Translations under genes and position numbers: made by a program | NCBI GenBank assembly: GCA_036555515.1 | Contig: DATBLC010000344.1 | Span: 14,958 to 78,957, forward strand | Direction: 5' to 3' | Length of the DNA stretch: 64,000 bases | Source: Candidatus Binatia bacterium | GTDB lineage: Bacteria; Desulfobacterota; Binatia; UBA9968 | The notes under the pieces: generated by a model | Database searches by the model: none | Seen by the model: only the letters and a program-made list of their open reading frames with translations | What the model was told of the DNA's origin: nothing | In this document: piece by piece, positions 1 to 8,387 of the stretch | Layout: each line of letters opens with the position of its first letter | How positions within the stretch are numbered: the stretch's first letter is position 1

Positions 1-2
1 GC

Positions 3-116
3 GGCGTCGAGGACTACCGCAAAGCCATTGCCGGCAGCCGCAAAGGCCGCGGGGTATTGTTTTTGGTGCGGCGTGGCGAGAGCACGCTTTTTTTGGCGCT
101 CAAACCACAACGCTAA
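3..116 (+). CDS. 3' end of a gene truncated by the window edge; possibly the PDZ tail of an HtrA/DegP-type protease
   Basis: Frame 3 reads GVEDYRKAIAGSRKGRGVLFLVRRGESTLFLALKPQR, then TAA at 114-116. The pattern resembles the last PDZ strands of DegP/DegQ. Only 37 aa are visible. Confidence 0.35.
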   Translation, partial: GVEDYRKAIAGSRKGRGVLFLVRRGESTLFLALKPQR

Positions 117-223
117 TCTTTTTTTCATTCATGACGTCGCGCCGGGTCGCGACGGTGGCTGCGGCGCGCGTTGCTTTTGGCCGGAATCTGCGCGAATATT
201 GAAGTTATTGCGGAGACTCTGGT

Positions 224-2533
224 TTGAACAAGTCCAACCTCAGAATCTTTAGCGCTTCCCTCATTACTCTGCTCGTCATCACCACCACCGGGATTGTCTT
301 CGGCGGGTGGTATCTCAAAGATTGGGAGAAAACCGTAACAGAAAAGTTTGAAGGGAAGAAATGGCGCCTGCCCTCGAAGATCTATTCCGATAGTTACCTT
401 CTTTATGTCGGTATCAGTTTGCGTTCCGAGGAGCTAAAGGAAAAACTGCGACGCCTCGGCTACCAGGAAGTTCAAGGGGCTCCTAATAGCAAGGGACAGT
501 ATCATTACCAGGCGTCCAAAGGGCTGTTGGAGATTTATCTTCAGGACTTTGTTTATCCCACCGAAACTTTCAAGGGATATCCCGTCCGCATTGCGTTTCA
601 AGGATCGGCTATCGCGCGCATCGAAAACAGCGTCGACGGGGAGGAGATATTTTCCCTGGAACTGGAACCGGAACTTGTCTCTGGACTTTACGACCAGATT
701 TGGCAAGAGCGCCGGGTGGTGTCGCTCAAGGAAGTCCCGCCTTTAATGATCAAAGCGATTCTCGCCATTGAGGACGAGCGCTTCTACGAGCATCACGGCG
801 TCGATCCGGTGTCGATTTTGCGCGCGTCATGGATCAATTTACGCAGCGCCGGGGTCGTGCAAGGGGGCAGCACGCTGACCCAGCAGTTAATGAAAAACTT
901 CTTTCTCAGCGACGAACGCACGCTTACCCGTAAGGTCAAGGAAGCGGTCATGGCGTTCATCGCCGAGCGCAAGTATTCCAAAGACGAGATTCTTGAGAAC
1001 TATCTTAATGAGATCTACATGGGGCAGAAAGGATCTCAGGGAATCTTCGGCGTTTCCGAGGCGGCGAAGTTTTATTTCTCCAAGCCGCTACCGGAGCTTA
1101 CGGTGAGCGAAATCGCAATCCTAGCCGGTTTGATTCGCGCGCCCAATCGGTTGTCGCCCTATCGCAGCGTGGAAGTAGCCACCAAGCGCCGCAATGTCGT
1201 GTTGGCGAAGCTCTTGGACGACCAAATCATTACGCTAAAGCAATACAAGGCGGCAATCAAAGAGCCGGTGGTTCGCCGCGAGCTGATGAAAGTCACGAAC
1301 GACGCGCCATACTACGCGGATTTTCTACGCCGCGAGCTCGCTGAGAACTATTCAAACGCGGTCCTGACTACCGAAGGGCTGCGGATTTTCAGCGGTCTCG
1401 ACCTGCACCTTCAAAAAATCGCCGAGCGCGCGCTGGCGGACGGACTCAAGAAGTTAGAAGAAACCTACGCCTCACTGCGGCGCAAGGGCGAGGACGATAA
1501 GCTGGAAGGAGCGGTCATCGTCATCCGGCCGCAAACCGGCGAAATCAAGGCGATGGTGGGCGGACGCAGTTATCAGAAATCGCAATTCAACCGCGGCTTT
1601 CAGGCCAAGCGCCAGCCGGGCTCCGTATTCAAACCTTTCGTCTATTTGGCTGCGCTCATGTCGGGCGCCGAAAGCGGCGCTAGATTCACGCCGGTAACCA
1701 TGCTGGATGACTCGGCATTTACATGGAACTATGAAAACCAGGAATGGAAACCGGGCAATTATAATGACCAATATTTCGGCGTGGTGACTTTTCGTCGCGC
1801 CCTGGAAAAATCGCTAAATTCCGCCACCGCCAGGGTGGCGCGGGACGTGGGCATCAAGCGCGTGCGCGATTTGGCCCAGCGCCTCGGCATTGAATCCTCT
1901 CTGCCCGCGCTGCCATCGCTGGCATTGGGAGCGGTGGAGGTTACGCCGCTGGAAGTTGCGGTGGCGTTTTCGACCCTCGCCAACAACGGCGTGCGGACGC
2001 GTCCGCTCTCAGTGAAGCAGGTGATGGACCCAAGCGGGCGCGTGCTGGAGAAGCGCGACGTGCGAGTGGAAAAGGTCCTGTCGCCTCAGACAGCCTTTAT
2101 GATCAATTATCTTCTCAAAGGCGTCTTTGATCGCGGCACCGCCGAGAGCGCGCGGCGGTTGGGCTTCACTCGGCCGGCGGCCGGCAAGACCGGCACGACG
2201 AACGATAACAAAGACGCCTGGTTCGTTGGCTACACGCCGGATCTTTTAGCCGTTGTCTGGGTCGGTTTCGATAACCAGAGCAAGTTGGGTCTTACAGGCG
2301 CCCAAGCAGCGCTGCCGATCTGGACGGAGTTCATGAAACTGGCCACGGCGGGCATGCCAATCTCCGATTTCGTGGCGCCGCCCGGCATCAAGATGGTGGA
2401 TATCGATCCCTTGAGTGGCCAACTGGCGACGCCGAACTGCCCCAATCCAATCCGCGAGGCGTTTTTGGAAGGCGATGAACCGCGCAACACATGTCCACTG
2501 CACCCGGCGGCGCCAAGTTGGAAATTCTGGTGA
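224..2533 (+). CDS. mrcA: Class A penicillin-binding protein (bifunctional glycosyltransferase/transpeptidase, PBP1A type)
   Basis: 769-aa ORF with TTG start and N-terminal TM anchor. GT51 motifs EDERFYEHHGVD and GGSTLTQQL; transpeptidase motifs SVFKP, SLNS, KTGTT. Confidence 0.9.
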   Translation: MNKSNLRIFSASLITLLVITTTGIVFGGWYLKDWEKTVTEKFEGKKWRLPSKIYSDSYLLYVGISLRSEELKEKLRRLGYQEVQGAPNSKGQYHYQASKGLLEIYLQDFVYPTETFKGYPVRIAFQGSAIARIENSVDGEEIFSLELEPELVSGLYDQIWQERRVVSLKEVPPLMIKAILAIEDERFYEHHGVDPVSILRASWINLRSAGVVQGGSTLTQQLMKNFFLSDERTLTRKVKEAVMAFIAERKYSKDEILENYLNEIYMGQKGSQGIFGVSEAAKFYFSKPLPELTVSEIAILAGLIRAPNRLSPYRSVEVATKRRNVVLAKLLDDQIITLKQYKAAIKEPVVRRELMKVTNDAPYYADFLRRELAENYSNAVLTTEGLRIFSGLDLHLQKIAERALADGLKKLEETYASLRRKGEDDKLEGAVIVIRPQTGEIKAMVGGRSYQKSQFNRGFQAKRQPGSVFKPFVYLAALMSGAESGARFTPVTMLDDSAFTWNYENQEWKPGNYNDQYFGVVTFRRALEKSLNSATARVARDVGIKRVRDLAQRLGIESSLPALPSLALGAVEVTPLEVAVAFSTLANNGVRTRPLSVKQVMDPSGRVLEKRDVRVEKVLSPQTAFMINYLLKGVFDRGTAESARRLGFTRPAAGKTGTTNDNKDAWFVGYTPDLLAVVWVGFDNQSKLGLTGAQAALPIWTEFMKLATAGMPISDFVAPPGIKMVDIDPLSGQLATPNCPNPIREAFLEGDEPRNTCPLHPAAPSWKFW

Positions 2534-2541
2534 TAAAATAA

Positions 2542-3312
2542 ATGGACGAGCCTGGGAATTTAAGCGCCGGTAAGATCTTGACAGGGGTCGCGCTGTTATT
2601 GTCGATGGGCGTGGCGGCAAGCTGCGCGCCGCGCCCGATGTACCGCGCGCCGCTGCCGCCACCCGGCCGCGCGCCGGCTCCTGCTCCAGAGCCCCCGCCT
2701 CCGCTGCCACCGGTTGAAGAATCGATTCGCAAACCGTACCCTGAGGATTCAAAAATCAAAGAGCAAAACCTGCCAAGCAGTAAGAGTTCAAGCAACGCGC
2801 GCGTCCTCAAAGAGACCCCGGGCGCCCCGGCGACGGCAGGTATTCCGGCGCAACCGGCGCAGCAGCAGCCGTTGCCGGACGACAGTTCATTGCTCGCGAA
2901 GATCATCCCTGGCACCCCGCCTCAACGCGCCGTATCGCTCCGGCTTACGGAAGAAGGCAGAAAACTCATCGATGCCGGAGCCCCCGGCAAAGGTTTGCCG
3001 CGATTGGAGCAAAGTATCGCCATTGACTCCACAAACCCCTATGGCTACTTCTATCTGGCCAAAGCCCATCACAAGCTTGGGCGCTATAAAGAGTCGCTCA
3101 ACTTTCTCGACGTCGCCGAATCCCGTCTGGCGGCGGAACCTTACTGGCTTGCCGAAGTGCACGCGCTTAGGGGCGCGAATTTCCGCGCCTTAGGTATGGC
3201 GGATCGCGCCGAAGAGAGTTTCAGCAGAGCATTGAGCATCAATTCGGGCAACCGCACGGCTGCCGAAGCGATATCCCGTCCACAGAGTAACCCTGCCGCT
3301 GTGCAGCGCTGA
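2542..3312 (+). CDS. Lipoprotein with a long Pro/Ala-rich disordered linker and a C-terminal TPR domain
   Basis: Signal peptide with lipobox GVAAS-C, about 130 aa of low complexity (PLPPPGRAPAPAPEPPPPLPP...), then TPR-like helices (NPYGYFYLAKAHHKLGRYKESL; ALRGANFRALGMADRAEESFSRAL). Starts 8 nt after the PBP stop. Confidence 0.65.
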   Translation: MDEPGNLSAGKILTGVALLLSMGVAASCAPRPMYRAPLPPPGRAPAPAPEPPPPLPPVEESIRKPYPEDSKIKEQNLPSSKSSSNARVLKETPGAPATAGIPAQPAQQQPLPDDSSLLAKIIPGTPPQRAVSLRLTEEGRKLIDAGAPGKGLPRLEQSIAIDSTNPYGYFYLAKAHHKLGRYKESLNFLDVAESRLAAEPYWLAEVHALRGANFRALGMADRAEESFSRALSINSGNRTAAEAISRPQSNPAAVQR

Positions 3313-3325
3313 AAAATCACAGTCC

Positions 3326-4315
3326 ATGTTGGTCCTTGGTGTTGAAACTTCCTGCGACGATACCGCCGTAGCAGTGTTGCGCGATGGCCGTGAGATCCTC
3401 GCCAATATCGTGTCCTCGCAAGACGAAGTGCATGGCCCTTACGGCGGCGTGGTGCCGGAACTGGCTTCGCGCCAGCATAGCCAAATCATATTGCCGATCG
3501 TCGACGCCGTGCTGCAAAACGCCGGTGTCAGGCTCCCCGAAATTGGCGGCATCGCCGTCACCTACGGTCCTGGGCTCGTCGGCTCGCTGCTGGTCGGGCT
3601 TTCGTTGGCCAAGGGGCTCGCGTATCGCTGGGGCATTCCGTACGTGGGTGTCAATCATTTGGAAGCCCATCTTCTGGCGATTCAACTGGAGCAGGCGGTG
3701 CAATTTCCCTACATTGCTTTGTTGGCGTCGGGAGGGCACACGCTACTTTACTGTGTTAACGATGTTGGCCGGTATCTTTATCTCGGCGGCACGCGCGACG
3801 ACGCCGCAGGGGAAGCCTTCGACAAAGTGGCGAAAATGATGGGACTGGGTTACCCCGGCGGTCGAATCATCGATGCTCTGGCGAAGGACGGGGACTCGAC
3901 CGCCATTCGTTTTCCGCGGGCGCGTTTTAGAAAAGACAGCTACGAGTTCAGCTTTAGCGGTATCAAGACCGCGGTATGGCACTATGTGAAATCCGCTGCG
4001 GGGGCGGGCCGCCAGCAGGACATTGCCGCAAGTTTTCAAGAGGCGGTGGTCGACATGTTGGTCGAGCCGGCAATCAAGGCGGCCCGCGCCACCGGCGTGG
4101 CGCGTATCGTCCTGACCGGGGGGGTTGCGGCCAATAGCCGGCTCAGGGCGAAGATGAAGGAGAGAGCCGACGGGGAAAAAATCGAGACGTTCTTTCCCGC
4201 GCCCAAGTTCTGCACCGACAATGGCGCGATGATTGCCCTGGCGGGTTACGAGTGGCTCAGGCGCGGGCGGCGCGACGACTTGTGCCTCAACGCCGACGCC
4301 GATCTGACGCTTTAG
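3326..4315 (+). CDS. tsaD: tRNA N6-adenosine threonylcarbamoyltransferase
   Basis: MLVLGVETSCDDTAVAV start, HLEAHL and GGVAAN motifs typical of Kae1/TsaD; 329 aa. Confidence 0.93.
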   Translation: MLVLGVETSCDDTAVAVLRDGREILANIVSSQDEVHGPYGGVVPELASRQHSQIILPIVDAVLQNAGVRLPEIGGIAVTYGPGLVGSLLVGLSLAKGLAYRWGIPYVGVNHLEAHLLAIQLEQAVQFPYIALLASGGHTLLYCVNDVGRYLYLGGTRDDAAGEAFDKVAKMMGLGYPGGRIIDALAKDGDSTAIRFPRARFRKDSYEFSFSGIKTAVWHYVKSAAGAGRQQDIAASFQEAVVDMLVEPAIKAARATGVARIVLTGGVAANSRLRAKMKERADGEKIETFFPAPKFCTDNGAMIALAGYEWLRRGRRDDLCLNADADLTL

Positions 4316-4444
4316 CAGGCTGTTGAAAAAGACTCATACCAATCGTCTCGTGGAAAGCGTGCTCGTTTCTCGTGCTCGTGCTCGGACGAACACGAGAAAC
4401 GAACTCTGTGCGCCTCGCCTTTGAGATCTCTTTGAGCAGCCTGC
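4313..4444 (+). repeat. Repeat family X copy 1: ~130-bp element with imperfect terminal inverted repeats and an internal 11-bp perfect hairpin; it starts on the tsaD TAG stop
   Basis: Ends are TAGCAGGCTGTTGAAAAAGACTCAT ... TCTCTTTGAGCAGCCTGC. Internal CGTTTCTCGTG (4364-4374) pairs with CACGAGAAACG (4391-4401). Homologous to 38921-39293, and similarity continues to about 4497. Confidence 0.7.
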
Positions 4445-4503
4445 ATAAAGATTTTTTAGCAACCCGCTGGTGCTGTTCAAACTCTATGTTCAAAGATCAA
4501 GGA

Positions 4504-5376
4504 ATGCCGATGACCTTGTATGAAGAAGTACGGGCGGCGCTGCGGGAGTCTGATTTCAGACCCCGGAAGCGATTCGGCCAAAATTTTTTGATTCATGAGC
4601 GGATAATCGATTCCATAATCCGGTTGCTCGATCTAAATGAACAAGATGAAATCTTAGAGATCGGTCCGGGGCTCGGTTTTCTGACGCGCCATTTAGTTGA
4701 ACTTGCTGGCAAGGTTTATGCTGTAGAAGTTGATGATTTCCTGGTTCGCCGGCTAAAGCAGAGCGCGTTCGGACGTTCCCCTCGTCTCGAAGTGTTGCAT
4801 GGCGATATTTTAAAAATTTCCTTCGACGCTGTGCTTCCAGCGAAGAAGGTCAAAGTCGCCGGAAATTTGCCCTATAGCATTTCGACGCCGGTGCTTTTTC
4901 GCCTGCTCGAGGCGCGCGAGCATTTTTCCTCGTTGGTTTTGATGGTACAGAGGGAAGTGGCCGATAGAATCGCCAGCGGGCCGGGAACCAAGTCTTATGG
5001 GACTCTGTCGGTCTGGTGCCAGATCCACGGGCTGATTGGCGGCAAGATGCCGGTGGCGGCGGAGGCTTTTTTCCCCAAGCCGAAAGTGCGATCGACGATA
5101 TTGCGTATCGAGTTGTTCTCAGAGCCAAAACTTGCGTCGAACGATTTCCCGGTTCTGCGCGACTTGTTGCGCGCCGCCTTCGGACAAAGGCGAAAAACGC
5201 TGGGCAACGCCATGGCGGCTTGGCTTAAGCAAAGCCGAGAGCTTGTCGATGGTTTTCTGCGCGGCCACGAGGTCGATCCGCAACGACGCGGCGAAACGCT
5301 GACCATCGATGAATTTGTCGGTCTCACTCGGGCCCTGAAGGATTCCCGGCTGCTGCCCGCGAAACTTGGCGGATAA
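4504..5376 (+). CDS. rsmA: 16S rRNA (adenine1518/1519-N6)-dimethyltransferase
   Basis: KRFGQNFL motif, SAM-binding EIGPGLGFLT, NLPY motif. ATG at 4504 follows AAGGA; the upstream part of ORF 4372.. runs through repeat X and is discounted. Confidence 0.9.
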   Translation: MPMTLYEEVRAALRESDFRPRKRFGQNFLIHERIIDSIIRLLDLNEQDEILEIGPGLGFLTRHLVELAGKVYAVEVDDFLVRRLKQSAFGRSPRLEVLHGDILKISFDAVLPAKKVKVAGNLPYSISTPVLFRLLEAREHFSSLVLMVQREVADRIASGPGTKSYGTLSVWCQIHGLIGGKMPVAAEAFFPKPKVRSTILRIELFSEPKLASNDFPVLRDLLRAAFGQRRKTLGNAMAAWLKQSRELVDGFLRGHEVDPQRRGETLTIDEFVGLTRALKDSRLLPAKLGG

Positions 5377-5381
5377 AACCA

Positions 5382-6203
5382 ATGCCCGAGCTTCCCGAAG
5401 TTGAAACGGTGTGCCGCAGCTTGCGGCCCCATCTCCTGGGCCGAACCATTCGCCGAGTGCGGATCCTGGAGCCGCGCTTGCGCGTGCCGGTGGACGAGAA
5501 AGGGCTCAAATCATTGGCCGGCAAACGGGTAAGTGGGATCTCGCGCGTCGCCAAATATATTTTGCTCAACCTATCGGAAGACATCGTTTGGGTTTTTCAT
5601 CTCGGCATGTCGGGCAAACTGATTTGCGTCGCCCCGGATACGGCGCGCCAGAAACACGACCACATCATTGTCGACCTGGACGGCGGAGCTGAATTGCGCT
5701 ACCACGACCCGCGCCGTTTTGGCTTGTCGTTGGTCGCGAAAGCTGACCAGCTGCATGAATTGCCGCAATTGCGCCGCGTCGGACTGGACCCCTTCGACCC
5801 GGCGCTCAGCGGCGATTACTTGTTTCGTTTCACGCGCGCCTCCGAGCGGCGCATTCGCGATCTCTTGCTCGACCAGCAGATCGTCGCCGGCCTGGGCAAC
5901 ATCTACGCCAACGAAATTCTATCCCTGACGGGCATCAAGCCGACCGCGCGTGCCCATCGATTGACGCGTAAACAAGTACAGGGAATTGCCGCCGCGATTC
6001 CAAACTTACTGGGTGACGCAATCCGGTGGTGCGGCACATCGTTTTCCGATTATCGCGACGCCGATGACAAGTCGGGAGAATTTCAGAACCATCTGCGGGT
6101 GTACGACAGAGACGGAGAGAAATGCCGCGCATGTCCGGACGTCATCAAGCGTGTCGCCATCGGTAACCGCAGCGTTTTTTACTGCCCGACATGTCAGAAG
6201 TGA
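5382..6203 (+). CDS. mutM: Formamidopyrimidine-DNA glycosylase
   Basis: MPELPEVETV N-terminus, H2TH region, C-terminal zinc finger CRACPDVIKRVAIGNRSVFYCPTCQK. Confidence 0.93.
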   Translation: MPELPEVETVCRSLRPHLLGRTIRRVRILEPRLRVPVDEKGLKSLAGKRVSGISRVAKYILLNLSEDIVWVFHLGMSGKLICVAPDTARQKHDHIIVDLDGGAELRYHDPRRFGLSLVAKADQLHELPQLRRVGLDPFDPALSGDYLFRFTRASERRIRDLLLDQQIVAGLGNIYANEILSLTGIKPTARAHRLTRKQVQGIAAAIPNLLGDAIRWCGTSFSDYRDADDKSGEFQNHLRVYDRDGEKCRACPDVIKRVAIGNRSVFYCPTCQK

Positions 6204-6274
6204 TGTTCGCGAAAAGAGGCGAGGCCCTTTGGGAATTTGCCGCAATTCTTTCGAGGTGCGATGCGCGCAGTCGA

Positions 6275-6522
6275 TTGAACCCGGATTCCGCAGTTGCGGT
6301 TGACAGAAAGCGCGAGGCGGAACCCTTCCATAGCAAAGTCGATGGATTGCTGCCTCCAAGCAGTTATCGAGCAGTGGTAGTGTGATGGCAGGTGCACCTT
6401 GATAGCAACGAGGTGCCAAAGCGTAAAAATGACTTTGAAACTGCAGCGTCGGACGCCTTTGCTACTCCAGGGTTCCGCTTCGCTTGAGCGCTTGGCGGTT
6501 TAATTGCGGAATCCGGGTTGAA
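6275..6522 (+). mobile_element. MITE-like ~245-bp element, copy A (TIR TTSAACCCGGATTCCGCAG)
   Basis: Left end TTGAACCCGGATTCCGCAGTT; right end AATTGCGGAATCCGGGTTGAA. Subterminal arms GCGAGGCGGAACCCT / AGGGTTCCGCTTCGC pair for 15 bp. Homologous to 8388-8844 (reverse) and 60036-60279. Confidence 0.7.
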
Positions 6523-6601
6523 GCAGTTCCGCGGGTATAGTTGCAAAGCTCCGGGCGCATAGTTAAGTTGATTGCACCGATCCGCAGTTAAGGAGTTGCC
6601 C

Positions 6602-8272
6602 ATGGCTGAGTATGCGAAACCGCGCAGTGGAGTAATCACCGACGGCCCGGAGCGGGCGCCGACGCGGGCGATGCTGAAGGCCGCCGGCTTTACGGACGAA
6701 GATTTGTCGCGTCCCATCATCGGTGTGGCCAATACCTGGATCGAAATAGGCCCCTGCAATTTTCACTTGCGCCGTCTGGCGGCCAAGGTGAAAGACGGCA
6801 TCCGCGCGGCCGGCGCGACGCCGATGGAGTTCAACACGGTGTCGATCTCCGACGGCATCAGCATGGGCGTCGAAGGCATGAAATGTTCGCTCATCAGCCG
6901 CGAGGTGATCGCCGATTCCATTGAATTGGTGACGCGGGGTAATCACTTCGACGGACTCATTTGTCTTTCGGGTTGCGATAAGACCAACCCCGGTGTTGTC
7001 ATGGCGCTGGCGCGCCTCGATATTCCCGGGCTCGCCCTCTACGGCGGCTCCATTGCGCCGGGCCATCTGAACGATCGGGACCTGACGATTCAAGACGTAT
7101 TTGAAGCCGTGGGCGCGTTTGCCAGTGGGCGCATCAACGAACAGCAATTCAAAGCGGTGGAAAATAGCGCCTGTCCCGGCGCGGGCGCCTGCGGCGGGCA
7201 GTTTACCGCCAATACCATGTCTACGGTAATGGAATTTCTTGGCATCTCGCCGATGGGCAGCAACGGTATTCCCGCTACCGTCCCGGAAAAGGACCAAGCG
7301 GCGTTCAACGCCGGCAAGCTTGTGGTCGATGTCGTCAAGCGCAACTTGCGGCCGTCGCAAATTATCACGCGCCAGTCGATCGAAAACGCCATCGCTTCGG
7401 TGGCCGCCACCGGGGGATCCACCAATGCGGTCTTGCACCTGCTCGCCATCGCGCGCGAAGCGGGAGTCGAACTGACCATCGATGATTTCGACCGGATCAG
7501 CGAACGCACGCCGCTGATCGCCGATCTGAAGCCGGGCGGACGATTCGTCGCCAATGATCTTTATCAAGCCGGCGGGATTCAATTGGTCGCCAAGCGCCTG
7601 CTTGACGCGAGCTTGATTCATGGCGGGGCGATGACTGTGACCGGCAAGACCATCGGCGAGGCAGCCGAGATGAGTCGGGAAACGGCGGGCCAGGAAGTCG
7701 TGCGGCCGATAGCCAATCCGCTCAAATCCACCGGCGGGTTGGTGATTCTCAAAGGCAACCTGGCGCCGGAGGGTTGCGTCGTGAAAGTCGCCGGTCACGA
7801 AAGAATGATCCATAAAGGACCGGCGCGGGTATTTGACCGTGAAGAGGACGCCTTTCAAGCGGTCCAGAAAGGGCGGATCAAGCCCAACGACGTCGTGGTC
7901 ATTCGTTACGAAGGCCCTAAAGGCGGACCCGGAATGCGCGAAATGCTCGGCGTAACTGCCGCGCTGGTCGGCTCTGGATTAGGTGATTCGGTGGCGTTGC
8001 TCACCGATGGCCGTTTCTCCGGCGCCACCCACGGCTTAATGGCCGGTCACGTTGCGCCCGAGGCCGCACACGGCGGCCCTATTGCCGCCGTGCGCGACGG
8101 CGAAACGATTGTCTTTGATATCAAGGCGCGCCGCCTTGACATAGAGATTTCAGAGCAAGAGTTGAAACAACGATTGAGTCAATGGACTCCGCCCCCGTTG
8201 CGCTATCGGACGGGAGTCATGGCGAAATATGCCAAATTGGTTTCCTCCGCTTCTCAAGGCGCGGTGACCTGA
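6602..8272 (+). CDS. ilvD: Dihydroxy-acid dehydratase
   Basis: ATG at 6602 preceded by AAGGAG. Motifs NTWIEIGPCNFHL, SGCDKTNPG, CPGAGACGGQFTANTM, TDGRFSGATHG. Confidence 0.95.
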   Translation: MAEYAKPRSGVITDGPERAPTRAMLKAAGFTDEDLSRPIIGVANTWIEIGPCNFHLRRLAAKVKDGIRAAGATPMEFNTVSISDGISMGVEGMKCSLISREVIADSIELVTRGNHFDGLICLSGCDKTNPGVVMALARLDIPGLALYGGSIAPGHLNDRDLTIQDVFEAVGAFASGRINEQQFKAVENSACPGAGACGGQFTANTMSTVMEFLGISPMGSNGIPATVPEKDQAAFNAGKLVVDVVKRNLRPSQIITRQSIENAIASVAATGGSTNAVLHLLAIAREAGVELTIDDFDRISERTPLIADLKPGGRFVANDLYQAGGIQLVAKRLLDASLIHGGAMTVTGKTIGEAAEMSRETAGQEVVRPIANPLKSTGGLVILKGNLAPEGCVVKVAGHERMIHKGPARVFDREEDAFQAVQKGRIKPNDVVVIRYEGPKGGPGMREMLGVTAALVGSGLGDSVALLTDGRFSGATHGLMAGHVAPEAAHGGPIAAVRDGETIVFDIKARRLDIEISEQELKQRLSQWTPPPLRYRTGVMAKYAKLVSSASQGAVT

Positions 8273-8298
8273 TCTCCCGTTCAAACCGATAGAATTCC

Positions 8299-8387
8299 GT
8301 TCAACGTTCAAGCGTTCAAGGTTCAACGATTATAGTCCGACATATTCGAGCTCGGAGTCCGATCCTTGAACTTTGGACCTTGAACAT
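8299..8387. repeat. GTTCAA-array hairpin element
   Basis: Left arm GTTCAACGTTCAAGCGTTCAAGGTTCAACG; right arm CCTTGAACTTTGGACCTTGAACAT. Lies directly after the ilvD stop. Confidence 0.7.

Noticed and set aside
28-252. 74-aa ORF at the window start.
   Set aside because: It overlaps the apparent 3' end of the upstream gene in another frame and runs into the PBP start. Cys/Trp/Arg-rich composition, no RBS.
4372-4503. N-terminal 44-aa extension of rsmA suggested by the ORF track.
   Set aside because: The extension is translated from repeat X (GTGCTCGTGCTCG...). An ATG with an AAGGA RBS at 4504 gives a normal-length RsmA.
6563-7858. 431-aa ORF antisense to ilvD.
   Set aside because: It lies entirely opposite a strongly supported gene and has Arg/Gly/Ala-rich composition typical of shadow ORFs in high-GC DNA. 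The same reasoning applies to 34485-35261, 36267-37091, 37803-38561, 43131-43856, 44237-44962, 55580-56173, 57981-58718, 58977-59579 and 61375-62073.
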